Shown here in pieces: positions 1-12,280 of a DNA stretch of 64,000 bases. Each line of letters begins with the position of its first letter. The stretch's first letter is position 1. The translations under genes were made by a program, and so were the position numbers. The DNA is from Felis catus. Taxonomy: Eukaryota. The stretch spans positions 23,376,001 to 23,440,000 of the forward strand of contig NC_058368.1 of the NCBI RefSeq assembly GCF_018350175.1, read 5' to 3'. The notes under the pieces were generated by a model. It worked only from the letters and a program-made list of their open reading frames with translations, was not told the DNA's origin and ran no database searches.

Positions 1-150
1 GGCCAGTCTCCTGTGCTCTCCACATTCTGTTCCCTGCTACTACCATTGGTCCCGTGCTGAAAGGACAGATCTTAAGAATCATTACAATATTTTTCATTCT
101 TTCATTCCTGTTTTGTTGATGCATTGTGCAAGGTGCTTTGTGAACATTTT

Positions 151-370
151 TTTTTTTATATGAAATTTATTGCTCAAATTGGTTTCCCTACAACACCCAG
201 GGCTCATCCCAACAGGTGCCCTCCTCAATGCCCATCACCCACCCTCCCCTCCCACCCATCCCCCATCAACACCTCAGCTTATTCTCTGTTTTTAAGAGTC
301 TCTTATGGTTTGGCTCTCTCTCTCTCTAACTTCTTTTTTTCCCTTCCCCTCCCCGATGGTCTTCAGTTAA
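151..370 (-). mobile_element. 5'-truncated young felid L1 (L1_Fc-type) 3' end
   Basis: Poly-T, then TATGAAATTTATTG...CAACACCCAG-GCTCATCCCAACAGGTGCCCTCCTCAATGCCCATCACCC (also seen at 35.4 and 43.2 kb). TSD GTGAACATTTT at 140-150 and 371-381. Confidence 0.92.
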
Positions 371-909
371 GTGAACATTTTCTTTAATCAACAATAATTA
401 AAAAGTCATAGGTATGAATATGCCTCACAGGAAAGAAACAGGTTCAAGAGGAGCCCCAGTTATCTGCTAAGAAGAAGCAACAGGATTTCAAACTATGTTT
501 TTTTGGCTGTGGCAAAGTTCTCTGTTATGTCATGTCTTTTCCAGGATGGTGACACAATTCTGTCTGATATGGCATTATCCTTTAACCTGTGGGCCCACGC
601 AGTGATTTGAGCTGGCTGCCAGAGGAGAATCCCAGGGCCATACCTGAGCCTGATACATTCTTTGGGCACTTTGGATGATCCAACTTGACTTTGCCCTGGC
701 CAGGCTTTGCCACCAGGCATATTGTCCCAGTCCTGTCCAGTTTTGCCTTGTGTCTCCAGTTTGCTGGGCATCCATCTCAGCACGTATTGCTTTTGAGTTC
801 ATATCCTTAGGACAGAGCCACCCTGAGAGCTTAATTTTGGAAAGGAGTCCAAAATTCAAAATTTGGAAAGTCCAATATTTTCGGATAAAGTATTTAAAAA
901 TCAAAGACT

Positions 910-1125
910 GGGGCGCCTGGGTGGCGCAGTCGGTTAAGCGTCCGACTTCAGCCAGGTCACGATCTCGTGGTCCGTGAGTTCGAGCCCAGCGTCAGGCTCT
1001 GGGCTGATGGCTCAGAGCCTGGAGCCTGCTTCCGATTCTGTGTCTCCCTCTCTCTCTGCCCCTCGCCCGTTCATGCTCTGTCTCTCTCTGTCCCCAAAAA
1101 TAAATAAACGTTGAAAAAAAAAAAT
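910..1125 (+). mobile_element. Young felid Can-SINE (SINEC_Fc-type)
   Basis: GGGGCGCCTGGGTGGCGCAGTCGGTTAAG head with A/B boxes, CT tract, AATAAA and A tail. TSD AAAAATCAAAGACT at 896-909 and 1126-1139. Confidence 0.97.
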
Positions 1126-1854
1126 AAAAATCAAAGACTATAATCCCAATTTCCTCTTCATTTGAGTAACTGAAGGATTTTTTAACACCTTTGAGTTAAA
1201 AAAAAAAAAGAAAAAAGGCAAGCAGCTCAGGTCACAGCTGTGCTTGGGTTGCTCTGAGAGAAATTACTCAATTGCTCCTGCTTTTTGTCCAGTACCATCT
1301 GGTATTGACCCATGTAGCCTAGAAATTGAGTTCTCTGCTCAGAGTTGAGAGAGAGGGAATTTGTAAAATTTGGGGAAATAGGTAGGGGCCGCAGCTGTCA
1401 CTTTTGTTATCTCTATTGCTGCAGTCCCAGGATTTTAGGGTCCTTGATCAGTTGCAGTGTCATCAGAACCTGGTGAAGCAGAATCTGTCACCAACCCAAT
1501 AGCCCTAAGGATTTACCCTGGGGCCCACCCACATTTGCATTCTCCAAATGTAAGCAGGGAATCAGAAGTCATGTGAACTGGTCAGGCTGGATTCCTGATC
1601 CCCAAATACCTAAAAAACGTTCCTCTTTCCCCAATACATCAAGGTGTGAGCCTTTGAAAAATTTCCCCCCAAAAGCTTAAGAAATCATCTCATTCACTGG
1701 ATTTGAATTGAATTCCTTGAAATGACTAATACGTACCCTCAGCAGCTCCAGCAACAGATGCCAGGATGATAAATGACAACTAGCAAAATGCTAATCACAC
1801 ACGAGCCTGGAGGTATAAAGAGATAGAAGCAAAAATCTCTGCGAGCCACCCCAG

Positions 1855-2075
1855 CTAGTGTGGCAGAGAGAAATGAGCTTGGGGTTTGAAGCCAGAGGAC
1901 CTTGGCAAATTCAGGGGGGAATCTCTTTTTAAGTGTAAGTTTTAGACCAGTTATGTAATATCTCTATAAGATAGGGGCAGTGAAAATACTCATTTCACAG
2001 GGTTTTTGTTGGCATTACGTGGGAGTTATGAGCATTAAACTCTTCGTAAAATGTAAAGTACTCCACAGATGTTTT
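1855..2075 (+). mobile_element. MIR-like SINE relic
   Basis: Degenerate MIR head, core-like CTCTATAAGATAGGGG and TCACAGGGTTTTTGTTGGCATTA. Confidence 0.55.
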
Positions 2076-2329
2076 TTGTTTGTATTGTTATCACTATTAT
2101 TACCTTGTGAAAGAGAAGGGAATTAATTTATTTGAAAGGTGATAGTTCTAAAACATGAGGGAGGGAACTCTTACTGAACCTTGTGATCTCAAGATGTTAC
2201 AAATGAGTGATTCTGTATTAGAGGTGCTTGGAGAGTCAGAGTGTTAAGAGGCCCCAAAACCTGAATTACAGGAATTTTTTACCCGTGGCTTATTGCATGG
2301 GCTTTTACAGGGAACTTCAGGTCTCAGTT

Positions 2330-2490
2330 CAGTTAGGATCAGTAGATCTTTACTAAAATCCTTGTTCCAAGTACTGTACTAGGTGCTGGGATTCTGAGAT
2401 AAATGAGACATCATTCCTGGCCTTCAGAAGCCTTCAGAAGGCTGGGGAGAAATCAACAGAACCAGACTGTTTTGATACATTGCAGTAGTA
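2330..2490 (-). mobile_element. L2 3' end relic
   Basis: GTACTGTACTAGGTGCTGGGATT...TTCCTGGCCTTCA resembles the antisense L2 3' terminus. Confidence 0.55.
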
Positions 2491-2599
2491 GTGTTGGAAC
2501 GAAGGTACATTCATGGTGATCCACCAACACTCTCTGGATCTCTAAATTCAAAGGAGATTTTTCACTCTTCATGGGAGTGTTTTGCTGATTTTCCAGACT

Positions 2600-3060
2600 T
2601 GACACTCTTTCTTCTTGAAAGTTGATGACCTCTATTTGTCACTTCCTTCATGACTTTCTCTTACTCTATTCTACTTTTAAACATTGGTGAAAGGCTTCAT
2701 CCCTGGAACTTTGCTTTTCTCACTGTACATTATCTCCCTGGTCTTTGTAATCTGCTTTCTTGGTTTTAACTATCACTTGATGCTATGATTTCTTACCTGT
2801 ATATCTCCACATATGACCTCTCCAATGAGCTACACACTCTCACATTTAACTTTTCTTCCTTCCTTCCTTCCTTCCTTCCTTCCTTCCTTCCTTCCTTCCT
2901 TCCTTCCTTCCTTCCGTTCTTTTCCAGGCTCAACCTGTCCCATATTAAGTCTAACTGCTATAAGTTGACACCCAAGTTATCTTCCAGATTTCTAGGTGTA
3001 ATGATAGTTTCTTGCATTGGTAGTCCCACTTTCTCATGACAGAATTAGAATTTATTTTCA
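2600..3060 (+). mobile_element. L2 ORF2-region relic
   Basis: CTTCTTGAAA...TTTAACTATCACTTGATGCTATGATT...ATATCTCC...GACCTCTCC, typical of L2. Interrupted by (CTTC)n. Confidence 0.55.
2855..2915. repeat. (CTTC)n microsatellite
   Basis: About 15 perfect CTTC units. Confidence 0.97.
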
Positions 3061-3067
3061 AACCTTT

Positions 3068-3440
3068 TGTGGTTAGGGTGCAAAACTATGACTTAGGTGC
3101 TACAGTCAGATGTATATGTGTAGGACTCAGAGAAGGAAGCAACATAAGGAAGTAGCTGTTGGAAGACTGATCTGGGAAGTGATGGCAGAGGCATTTGGTT
3201 CTTATGGGACATTTGAGGCAGAGTTTCTGGCATTCAGTCCCTGTGTGTTTAGGACCAACCAGCTGACGGCAGTGGTGGAGTCTCTCCTGTGACTGCATAT
3301 TGCTTCTGAGTTGTTTTAAGATGTACATTATTACAATTAGTTCTCTGGTTTCTCTATAACTTCTGCAAACTAACAAATATTCTTTAATAAATTATTTTCG
3401 CTGAAGTGTTATTTGTAATTGCCAATACTGACTGCTATAG
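3068..3440 (+). mobile_element. Old ERVL-type LTR relic (LTR33/LTR16-like)
   Basis: Starts TGTGG. 3' end has AATAAATT...TTGCCAATACTGACTGCTATA, like ERVL LTR termini. Confidence 0.45.
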
Positions 3441-3492
3441 GCCTCAAACTGAGTTTTGACATTCTCTCTCAATGAAGTTATACATTTGTATT

Positions 3493-3532
3493 TGTGTGTG
3501 TGTGTGTGTGTGTGGGTGTGTGTGTGTGTGTG
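3493..3532. repeat. (TG)n microsatellite
   Basis: About 20 TG units with one interruption. Confidence 0.97.
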
Positions 3533-3549
3533 CTATAAGCATTAATTTT

Positions 3550-4450
3550 TAAAAATAGATTTTTTTTAAGAAAAGTTTTTGGTTCATAGCAAAACTGAGC
3601 CTAAAATAGAGAGTTCCCATATACCCTGTGCCCTCACTACATACACAGCCTCCCCTACTGTCAGTATTCTGCACCGGAGTTACAATTGATGAGCCTATAT
3701 TGGCATGTTATTATCACCCTAAGACTATAGTTTACATTAGGGTTCATTCTTGATGTTGTATATTCTATGAGTTTTGATAAATATATAGTGAAATCTATGT
3801 GTCATTATAGTATTGTATAGAATAGTTTCACTGCCCTAAAAGTCATCTGTTCTCTCTATACTAACTCTTGGCAACTGCTGCACTTTTTGCTGTGTCCATA
3901 ATTTTGCCTTTTCCAGAATGTCATATAGTTGGAATCATATAGTGTGTAGCCATTTCAGATTGGCTTCTTTCACTTAGTAATATGAACTTAAGGTTCCTCC
4001 TTGTATTTTTTATCATTTCTTTTTATTATGAACAATCCATTACCTGGATGTATCAGGTTTACTTCTCTCTTCACCTAATAAAGGACATCTTGGTTGCTTC
4101 CAACTGTTGGAAATTATGAATAAAGATGGTATAATCATGTGTGCAGGTTTTTGTGTGACTGTAAGTTTTCAACTCATTTGGGTAAAATCAAGGAACATAA
4201 CTGCTGGTTAAAGTATGTTTAGTTTTGTGAGCAACCGCTGAACTATCTTCCACACTGGTGGTAACATTTTGCATTCCCAACAGCAATATGTGAGAGTTCC
4301 TGTTGCTATACATCCTCACCAGCATTTGGTGTTATCAGTGTTGGGATTTTGGCCATTCTCACAGGTGCGTGGTGGTATCTTATTGTTTTAATTTGCAGTT
4401 AACCTAATAATATATGGTGTTGAGCATCTCTTCATAGGCTTATTTTCCTA
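3550..4450 (-). mobile_element. L1MC-like 3' UTR and ORF2 C-terminus
   Basis: GAGAGTTCCCATATACCC, CCAGAATGTCATATAGTTGGAATCATA, CATTTTGCATTCCCAACAGCAA: eutherian L1M motifs. Confidence 0.88.
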
Positions 4451-5466
4451 GAAGAATTAATTTTAAATAATAACTTTGTCATCCTATTTTGGATTGTCTT
4501 TATGTCTTATTATGCCGGGAGCCTAAAACAATGGAAATGGCCCAGGGCTTTCTGGAATTCTGAGAGACTCTGCCTTGAGTTGATGAAAGAGGGATGAGAA
4601 GTGAGGGACGGAGGAAAGTGGACTTAAAGAACAGTGAAATGAGCTATTAGATAACAGGGATATTCTTTCCTTTAGCAAAGTTACTCACTTCCAGCTGAAG
4701 GAGGAACCAGAGTCTCCCTAGTGTCTGCTGCTTGGCTGTCTTGTGAGTAGGAGAAAAGCTGTAAACTGGCTTTTGTGTGTAGTTACTCCCCTCTGACCTC
4801 AGGCCCTAGTGGTCTGAAGTGAATGACTGTCTTTATCATACAGGAGATGCTTTCACCTCGATCAAGATAGTTTCAAAATGTATTGGCCTATTACAAACCT
4901 TGCTTCCACCCTTTCTTTCTGAACAATGAGCATCTGCCCATCATAGGGATGCTTTTGAGATAAAATGTGATAATGGTGTAATGATGCTTTAAAAATCAAA
5001 GTGTTTTACAAATGAAAAATCCTACAGGATAGATTTTCCACTTTGGCTTCTCACTGAGTCACACTCACCTAATTTATGGGACCTTCAGGGTATGGTGTTC
5101 TGCTAAGTTTAATGGGAAGATTTATTTGTTTCCCAAACTAGTCTTGCTATGAACACCTCATCACTTTCTTTGGTAGCAAAATGTACCTTGTGGCTACTTA
5201 AGAACATTCTTAATAATGATGAAGGGAAAGTATTATTGAATCACAATTTATTACTTTCCCCAAGAGTTTTCAGTTAGTAATGTTTTTGGGAATTCCGTCT
5301 CACCTTAAAGATCTCCCTTGATATTCACCTCTAAAATGTGAGGTTGAGGTTTTGATACGTTTCTATTTTCGTATGCAGAAAGTAACAGTAATTTTCTTAT
5401 CTTAAAAAGCCTTCAAGCACTATCTTAAATATCTTGTTGTCTACATGTTATGGTTTTAATTTTAAC

Positions 5467-5667
5467 TTTTTTAATGTTTATTAGTTTTTGAGAGACAGAC
5501 TGTGAGCAGGGAAGGGGCAGAGAGAGAGAGGGAGACACAGAATCTGAAGCAGGCTCCTAGCTCTGAGCTGTCAGCACAGAGCCGGACATGGTGCTCGAAG
5601 TCACGCAGAGAAATCATGACCTGAGCTGAAGTCAGGTGCTTAACCGACTGAGCCACCCAGGCACTCC
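5467..5667 (-). mobile_element. Can-SINE
   Basis: Antisense SINEC: TTTAATGTTTATT...CTGAGCCACCCAGGCACTCC. Confidence 0.95.
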
Positions 5668-6539
5668 TTTCATTTTAGAAAGGTTTCTTTGTGATTTTCT
5701 TAGAGAAGTTCTGAAAAATGATGATACTTTAGGGAAAAATGCCTTAAAAAGTGATGAGAATAAGGGGTGCTGAGTTATAGCATTTAAAAAAAATACATAT
5801 TATTATGGCTAATGTTTATGAGAAGAGGCAGTGATTATAATGTTTTCACTGATTCGTTAAAGACCAGTAATTGATAGCACTTTAAGATTGCAGGAAGGAG
5901 TTTTAGTCCACATTTTTATGTGCAAATGCACATAAAATTCTTCCAAGGTTTAACACTAGTCAGACTTCTGATTAATGTGTAAATAAGCAAAGAAACATTG
6001 ACATCATTCAATTGGATAATTAACCACTGCACAACATAGTGTACAATGCTAGATTCTATAAATTTTGGAAATAATCATTCATCAATCATTCATCAGAGAA
6101 CTGTTCAGTCTTTCTTCATTTCTGTGGGAGGCTACTTGCCTTTAGGAGGGAGTACTGAGGAAATCAAGTTGAGCACATTAAAAAGGATTTTTACAAAAGG
6201 ATTTAATTATTATGGTTCTCAAAACTCTTAACACCTTGGTAATTGCTAAATCAACACACATTAAAATTTAATAGCTAGCATTGCAAAATAATCACTTGAC
6301 ATTTAATGGTGGGAAGGGTCATTCAAGGGGTTGTGTCACTGGTAAAATAATAAATGACGTTTTGGGGTAGGAAATAGAGGTAAATATGAAATTCACATGA
6401 CTCTGTGCTGGGCAGCTAAATCCTATGGAAAATAGAAAACAGAAGAGTAAATGAATTGGGAAAATGTTGGCAAGGCCCCATCTATATTAAATGGACTCAG
6501 CAAGCAATGGAGCATTAGTACAAGTTAAAGTAAAATGCC

Positions 6540-6900
6540 TTTAAACATGTGTACAAGTTGACATATTTAGAACAGAGCTCAGCGTCTCTACCTCCTCTCA
6601 TCCTCCAACCAGCTTCTCCTCTTGATTCTCTCAGTTAGTGGTTTATATGCTCTCTCATGCATCTAAACTTGAGGTCTGGAAGTCATCTGAGATTCCTCCT
6701 TCTTTGTTAACCTTACATTTGGCACAAAGTCTTATCAGTGCTGCCTCCTACATTCATTCCCTTCTCTGACTCCACAAAGTTCATGAAATTACTATAAATG
6801 TCACTGCCTTATCACTTGTCACTCCTGTGTTTCACCTAGAAAACATCTACTTGTTTTTCAAAACTTGCCCGAAGGATTACCTTTTTCCATTAAGACTGAC
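6540..6900 (+). mobile_element. L2 relic
   Basis: AAACTTGAGGTCTGGAAGTCATCTGAGATTCCTCCT, L2-like. Confidence 0.5.
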
Positions 6901-6926
6901 TCTGACTCCCCACTGTTCCAGTAAAA

Positions 6927-7093
6927 CAGTGTTTCTTAGCTTTGGTTGCACTTTGGAAACACCTGTGGTGTTTGAAAAAAAAAAAAACAAATCCACTTCC
7001 AGGTATTCTGATCTGATGGGTTTGGGGTGCAGAGTTTGAAAACACTCCACGGGTATTTTCGATTCTAAGGGACAGTCCAGGTTGAAAATTACA
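6927..7093. mobile_element. MER5-like hAT MITE
   Basis: CAGTGTTTCTTAGCTTTGGTTGCACTTTGGAAACACCTG...TTCTGATCTGATGGGTTTGGGGTG...GGTTGAAAATTACA. Confidence 0.65.
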
Positions 7094-7212
7094 ACAGCAA
7101 AGTAATCTCCCCCCTGTGTTGTCTTCTCTACTGTATCTTTTAACAATAGTTCTGAAGACTGATTCAACATCGGTGTCACTGGAGAGCTTTAAAAAATATG
7201 GATTGTTGGGGC

Positions 7213-7793
7213 TCTGGTAGACAGACTCTAAGGCAATCCTCCAATGACCACAACTTCTGATGTTCAAGCTCTTGTAAAAACCCCTCTCCTTGGGTATGGG
7301 CTGGGACGTGTGACTAATATTCTGACAAACAATATGGCAAAGGCGATAGGATGTCACTATGTGATGACTGATTACACCAGGTAAAATAAGTTTCTGACTA
7401 GCAGACTTGCTCTTTTCCCTTTGCTGGCTTTGAAAAATCAGTCTGCCATGTTCTCAGAAGGCTAAGGAGAGGGCCGAGTGGCAGAACTGTGAGCAGCCTT
7501 TAGGAGCTAAGAGAGGCCTCCAGTCAATAGCCAATAAGAACCAGGGACCTCAGTGTTATAGCCACAAAGAAATGAATTCTGGTTAACAACCTGAAGGAGT
7601 TTGGAAATAGATTTACTGCCAGTCATGACTCCAGAGGAGAACTGAACCCTTGGGTGAAACCATGGTAACAGCCTTGCAGAGGACCTAGCTAAGCTGTGCC
7701 TCGACTTCTGATTTGTAGAAGTAGATAAATATGTTTTTTTTTTAAAGCTGCTAAATTGTGATAATTTGTTATGCAGTGTCAGAAACTAATACA
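7213..7793 (+). mobile_element. MaLR solo LTR (MLT1E/F/G-like)
   Basis: TGGTAGACAGACTCTAAG start; CTAAATTGTGATAATTTGTTATGCAG...ACTAATACA end. Confidence 0.85.
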
Positions 7794-9339
7794 CGGTCTA
7801 TTCTGCTTTTTCTTTATAACCCACCCTAGTTGAGGTCTCATTTTAAGACGAGATGCTGATTAGATATCCAGATGCTTCTGGAATGACTCAATAGTAGTCA
7901 TTCTCAAACCCATTAGGTCTAAGCTGTAGGATTCCAAAACCTGCTCTTTCACCCCCACAGCCTTTGTGTGAGTGAAATATGCCATTTCTGGGTGCAGTGA
8001 GCAAACCCTTGTTTTTTTCAGAAGTACCTGATCTTACAGGTGATGCTTGGTAGGAAATGTGAAGTGACCTGTTGGAGAGGTGGTTCTGAGGACTCAAGGG
8101 CCAAGAGATGGCTGACCTGACTGGTGACTTAGGTAAAGAATTACCATTCATCTTTTTTTTTTTTTTTTCTGATGTGAAATCTTCCTGTTGAGACTTAAAG
8201 CTGAGGGTGAGGAGGTAGAGTTGAGGGGTCTCTCTCTAGGTGTTCTCCTTCAGGATGCACAGTTGGAACAGATTCCAGGGACCTTCAACACAGCTTTCTG
8301 CTGTCAACTGTTTGTCAAAGGTTTGATGGAAATTCAGGGAGGAAGGGAAGGAGATTCTATATGGGGTAAGAGATTACATGATATTGAATTTCAAGGTCCT
8401 TTCTGACTCATAAGATTATTTGATTCTAGGATCTGCAGTACTCCTAAAATAATTTTGTGAGAAGGAAGTTTGCATCTAGGTAAATCCAATGGTCATTAGT
8501 ACTGGTCTATTGATAAGTGTGCACTCACTTCTCTTATTCCAGTAATGTCTGAAGTTGGCTGGGCACTTTCTCAGACTTTCTAAATCAATTGCCTGTTAGA
8601 GATCCATTAATGTTGTCCTTGTCCTTATTATTTTAGATTCCTTTTTCTGCAGATTATCAAAAAATGAGGTATTATCTTACTATAAAATAAATGTATTTCT
8701 GGTAATTTATATTTGGTTTTCATGAGTCACCTTACACTTTAGCATTTAATTTACTACTTGTAATAGTGAACTTTGTAATGATTATCCTCACTTGAATTTC
8801 ATATAAAAAAACCCCACAACACAACAACAAGGAATCCATTTTACATTTGAAATGCAGTGAAGAATAAATGCCTTTTTAATAGATTTTCTTTCATTGTATT
8901 AGATTTGAGACATTGAACATACTTTGGAAAGCCTAATGAAGAATCTCAGAGGGCTCTTTTCTTTTCATTTCCAGAAGTTACTAATCTTTTAACACTATCG
9001 TATCAAGGATTGCTTGTTGAATATACACTGCAAGTCCATCCTGGATCAAGAAAAAAGTAAAACACAGTTTCGATACTCAAGGAACTTTGGTCCGGTTGAG
9101 GAGGAAAGACGTGCACACACGAGACAATAGAACTCAAGGGAACAAATTATGCAGAGCACAAATAAGTAGTTCAGGGGAGGCCAGAGAAAAAGCGGGCCTG
9201 AAGGTTCAAGGAAGATTCTGGAGAAAGAGCCACTCAGCTTGGCTGACAGGGTTGTGAGGAGTGGGTAGGAAAAGGAGAGGGAGGCAAGTGTTGTCCATTG
9301 GGGTGGAAACGTTAGGGAAAAAGAAAAGCTCAATGGCAT

Positions 9340-9824
9340 TGTATTAGTTGCCCAGAATTGCTCTGACAACATGCCACAAACTGAGTGGCTTAAAACAATG
9401 GAAATTTATCCTTTCATCATTCTGGAGCCCAGAAATTCAAAATCAAGATGGCAGAAGGGCCATGCTGTTTCTGAAGGCTGCTGGGGAGAATTGTTCCATG
9501 CCTCTATTCTATCTTCTGATGTTTCTTGCAATGTTTGGTGTCCCTTGGCTTGTAGATGCCTCACCCCAATCTCTGTCTCCATCCTTACACAGAATTCTTC
9601 CTGTGTCTTTTCACATGACCTTCCATTTCTGCATGTAGGTCTCTGTATTTCTTCTTCTTTTCTTACAAGGACAACAGTCACTTTAGAATAAGGGCTCCCT
9701 CTACTCCAATATGACCTCATCTTAACCACACTTGCAAAGACTATTTCCAGATAAGGTCTCACTTACAGAATCTGGTGGTTAAGATTTAAAAGTCTTTTTG
9801 GGGGACCCAATTCAATGCATAGCA
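9340..9824 (-). mobile_element. MaLR solo LTR (MLT1B/C-like), inserted in an L2 relic
   Basis: TGTATTAGTT...CCACAAACTGAGTGGCTTAAAACAA...GGGGGACCCAATTCAATGCATAGCA. Confidence 0.88.
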
Positions 9825-9948
9825 GCATCTATGGGGGTTGGTTAGAAAGTAGCAGACCAGCCCTGAATGCCAAGCTGAGGTCTTCAGATATAGGCAGTGG
9901 GAGTCCCTGAAGAAGTCTGAAGGCCTGTGCATGTTGCAGAAGAGGTCA

Positions 9949-10185
9949 GGGGCACCTGGGTGGCGCAGTCGGTTAAGCGTCCGACTTCAGCCAGGTCACG
10001 ATCTTGCGGTCTGTGAGTTCGAGCCCTGCGTCGGGCTCTGGGCTGATGGCTCAGAGCCTGGAGCCTGTTTCCGATTCTGTGTCTCCCTCTCTCTCTGCCC
10101 CTCCCCCATTCGTGCTCTGTCTCTCTCTGTCCCAAAAATAAATAAAAAAAATGTTGAAAAAAAATTAAATAAAAATAAAAAAAAA
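9949..10185 (+). mobile_element. Young felid Can-SINE (SINEC_Fc-type)
   Basis: Diagnostic CAGCCAGGTCACGATC and GGGCTGATGGC. TSD AGAAGAGGT(C/T)A at 9938-9948 and 10186-10196. Confidence 0.97.
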
Positions 10186-10390
10186 AGAAGAGGTTAGCAT
10201 GCTGAAAGCATAGAGGGATATTAATAATTTCAATGCATTTGAAGAGAGGGAGCAAGATGTGGAATAGTGTGTACAGTGCCATAGAGCATACATTTAAAAA
10301 GTGATACAACCTTATATATGTAGAGACTATTTCTGGAAGAATCCCAAATCTAGCCACAGTAGTTTCCTCTGAAAAGAAGAACTTGGCGGG

Positions 10391-10606
10391 GGAGGGTGCC
10401 TGGGTGGCTCAATCAGTTAGTTGGGTGCCAGCTTCGGCTCAGGTCATGATCTCAAGGCTCTTGAGTTCGAGCCCCACATCAGGCTCTGTGCTGACAGCTC
10501 GGAGCCTGGAGCCTGCTTCAGATTCTGTGTCTTCCTCTGTCTCTGTCCTCCCCTGCTCATGCTCTGTCTGTCTCTCTCAAAAATAAATAAACATTAAAAA
10601 AAAAAA
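10391..10606 (+). mobile_element. Can-SINE inserted in an old L1ME-like fragment (~10250-10720)
   Basis: Full SINEC body and A tail. TSD core AAGAACTTG on both sides. Confidence 0.93.
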
Positions 10607-11035
10607 AGAACTTGAGGCCAGGGCCCTTGGAACAGGAGTGGTACTGGAGACTTAATTTTTCCCTATATAATCTATCTCATTGCTTGTTTGCTTGCTTGAT
10701 TTGAGCTGTGTATATGTATACACTAAGGAACACTGCAAAAAAGTAAAACCGAAAAATAGACGTGAGGCATTTAACTAGGTAATGCAAGCATAAGGTAACT
10801 TAAAAAAAGTACTTGCAGTATGGCCATTAGAGAATGAATGTATTCTCCACATTTAAATTTCTTCATGTTGAGTTTTCTAGATCAGACAGTTGTTGCGTCT
10901 CAAAGGACCAGCCCTCGGTGTCAGCAGGTAGGAATACCCAGTTGGCCTGTGTGACTGTGATGCTCTCCCTACTCCCAGCTGCTTTTTCCGGTGTCCTCAT
11001 TGCTTTAAATATTGAATTTTATAATTTTTAAAAAA

Positions 11036-11435
11036 GCTTATTTATTTTGAGAGAGAGAGAATGCAGTGGGGGGGCAGGGAGCGAGGGTGAGAGAGAATTG
11101 CAAGCAGGGCTCTGCACTGTCAGCATGGAGCCCCATGCGAGGCTCAAACTCGTGAACTGTAAGACCATGACTTGAGCCCAAATCAATAGGTGGATGTTTG
11201 GGGTGCCTGGGTGGCTCAGTTGAGCCTCCGACTTTTGATTGTGGCTTAGGTCGTGACCTCACAGTGAGTTCTAGTCCTGTGTTGGGCTCTGTGCTGACAG
11301 CCCAGTGCCTTCTTGAGATTCTCTCTCTCCCCTCTCTCTGCACCTGCCCCCCTCCCCCTGCAAATAAATAAATAAACTGAACTAAAAAAAAAAAAAGAGT
11401 TGGATGCTTGACCGACCAAACCACCTAGGCACGCC
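11036..11435 (-). mobile_element. Can-SINE split by a nested SINE
   Basis: Antisense body 11036-11199 resumes at 11395-11435 (...CCACCTAGGCACGCC). Confidence 0.9.
11200..11394 (+). mobile_element. Can-SINE nested in an opposite-orientation SINE
   Basis: GGGGTGCCTGGGTGGCTCAG...A tail. Degenerate 15-bp TSD at 11185-11199 and 11395-11409. Confidence 0.92.
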
Positions 11436-12280
11436 TTTAACTATTTAGTTCTAAAATCTGTGTTTTCTTCCTTGCCTTAAAGTTTAAGCTCACACTCTCT
11501 TCCTCATGAAACAGAAGACTAATTGTGCTACCAGTACTGCCAGGAAGTAGGGTGACCTTGTCCCCTATGATAAAGGACTGGGACCATAGAGAACAACAGG
11601 ACGCATCTATTTCCAGACCTCCGGTGACTTCCAGGGAGACACAGAGGAGGCAGGGCTGAGCTGATGGCCTTTCCTTTTCTGGCAGTGGTGAGGGGGAGAG
11701 GCAGACAGGGCAGTGCTGAGGAGGCCTTGCAGAGAAGCCTGGCTCAGAGAAGCGTCCCCCCAGAAATCTCGCCTGCCCAGGGAGGGAGGTGAAAACTGCC
11801 ATTCCCGCTATGCCTTCAGTCATTCCCTTTGCCTCCAGGCTTCACAGGGACGGGCATTAATAGTTATGGCGACTAGTTTCCCCAGATGAGGCATCCTTGT
11901 CATTTCATGAGGGTTTTCCAGAACATTGCTCTCAAACCTCCCAACAACATGATACTGCAGAAACCGAATTCTTGGCCTTTGTGATCACAATGGCAGCACT
12001 TGAAATTGGGGAAGTGAAAAGCAGGCAGAAAATTTGCTTGGTTTTTAACTCCTTCAATTTAAAGAGGCTCAGAATACATTGAGCAGAGTACCCCCTGCTC
12101 TTGCTGTGTGGGTCTCTCTGAGCATCCAGAGCTTTGGAGAAGTGCCGAGACGGAAAGCCTGGGGTTAATCAATTAAATTCAACATGCCTGCTGAGCACCA
12201 GACATCAGCCAGGTAGTGGGGAAGATAAATACGGCACGATTCTTAGTCTGTGGCGGGAAAGACAGACCTATTAAAAAATC

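Noticed and set aside
493..977. Three overlapping ~100-aa ORFs in unique sequence
   Set aside because: No recognisable protein similarity, no convincing exon boundaries, one runs into a SINE.
910..985. tRNA-like A/B boxes
   Set aside because: tRNA-derived SINE heads, not tRNA genes.
6890..7357. 155-aa minus ORF
   Set aside because: Runs across MER5 and MLT1 relics; chance frame.
9884..10357. 157-aa ORF and the many similar MAQSVK.../EPASDSVS... ORFs
   Set aside because: Translations of Can-SINE sequence.
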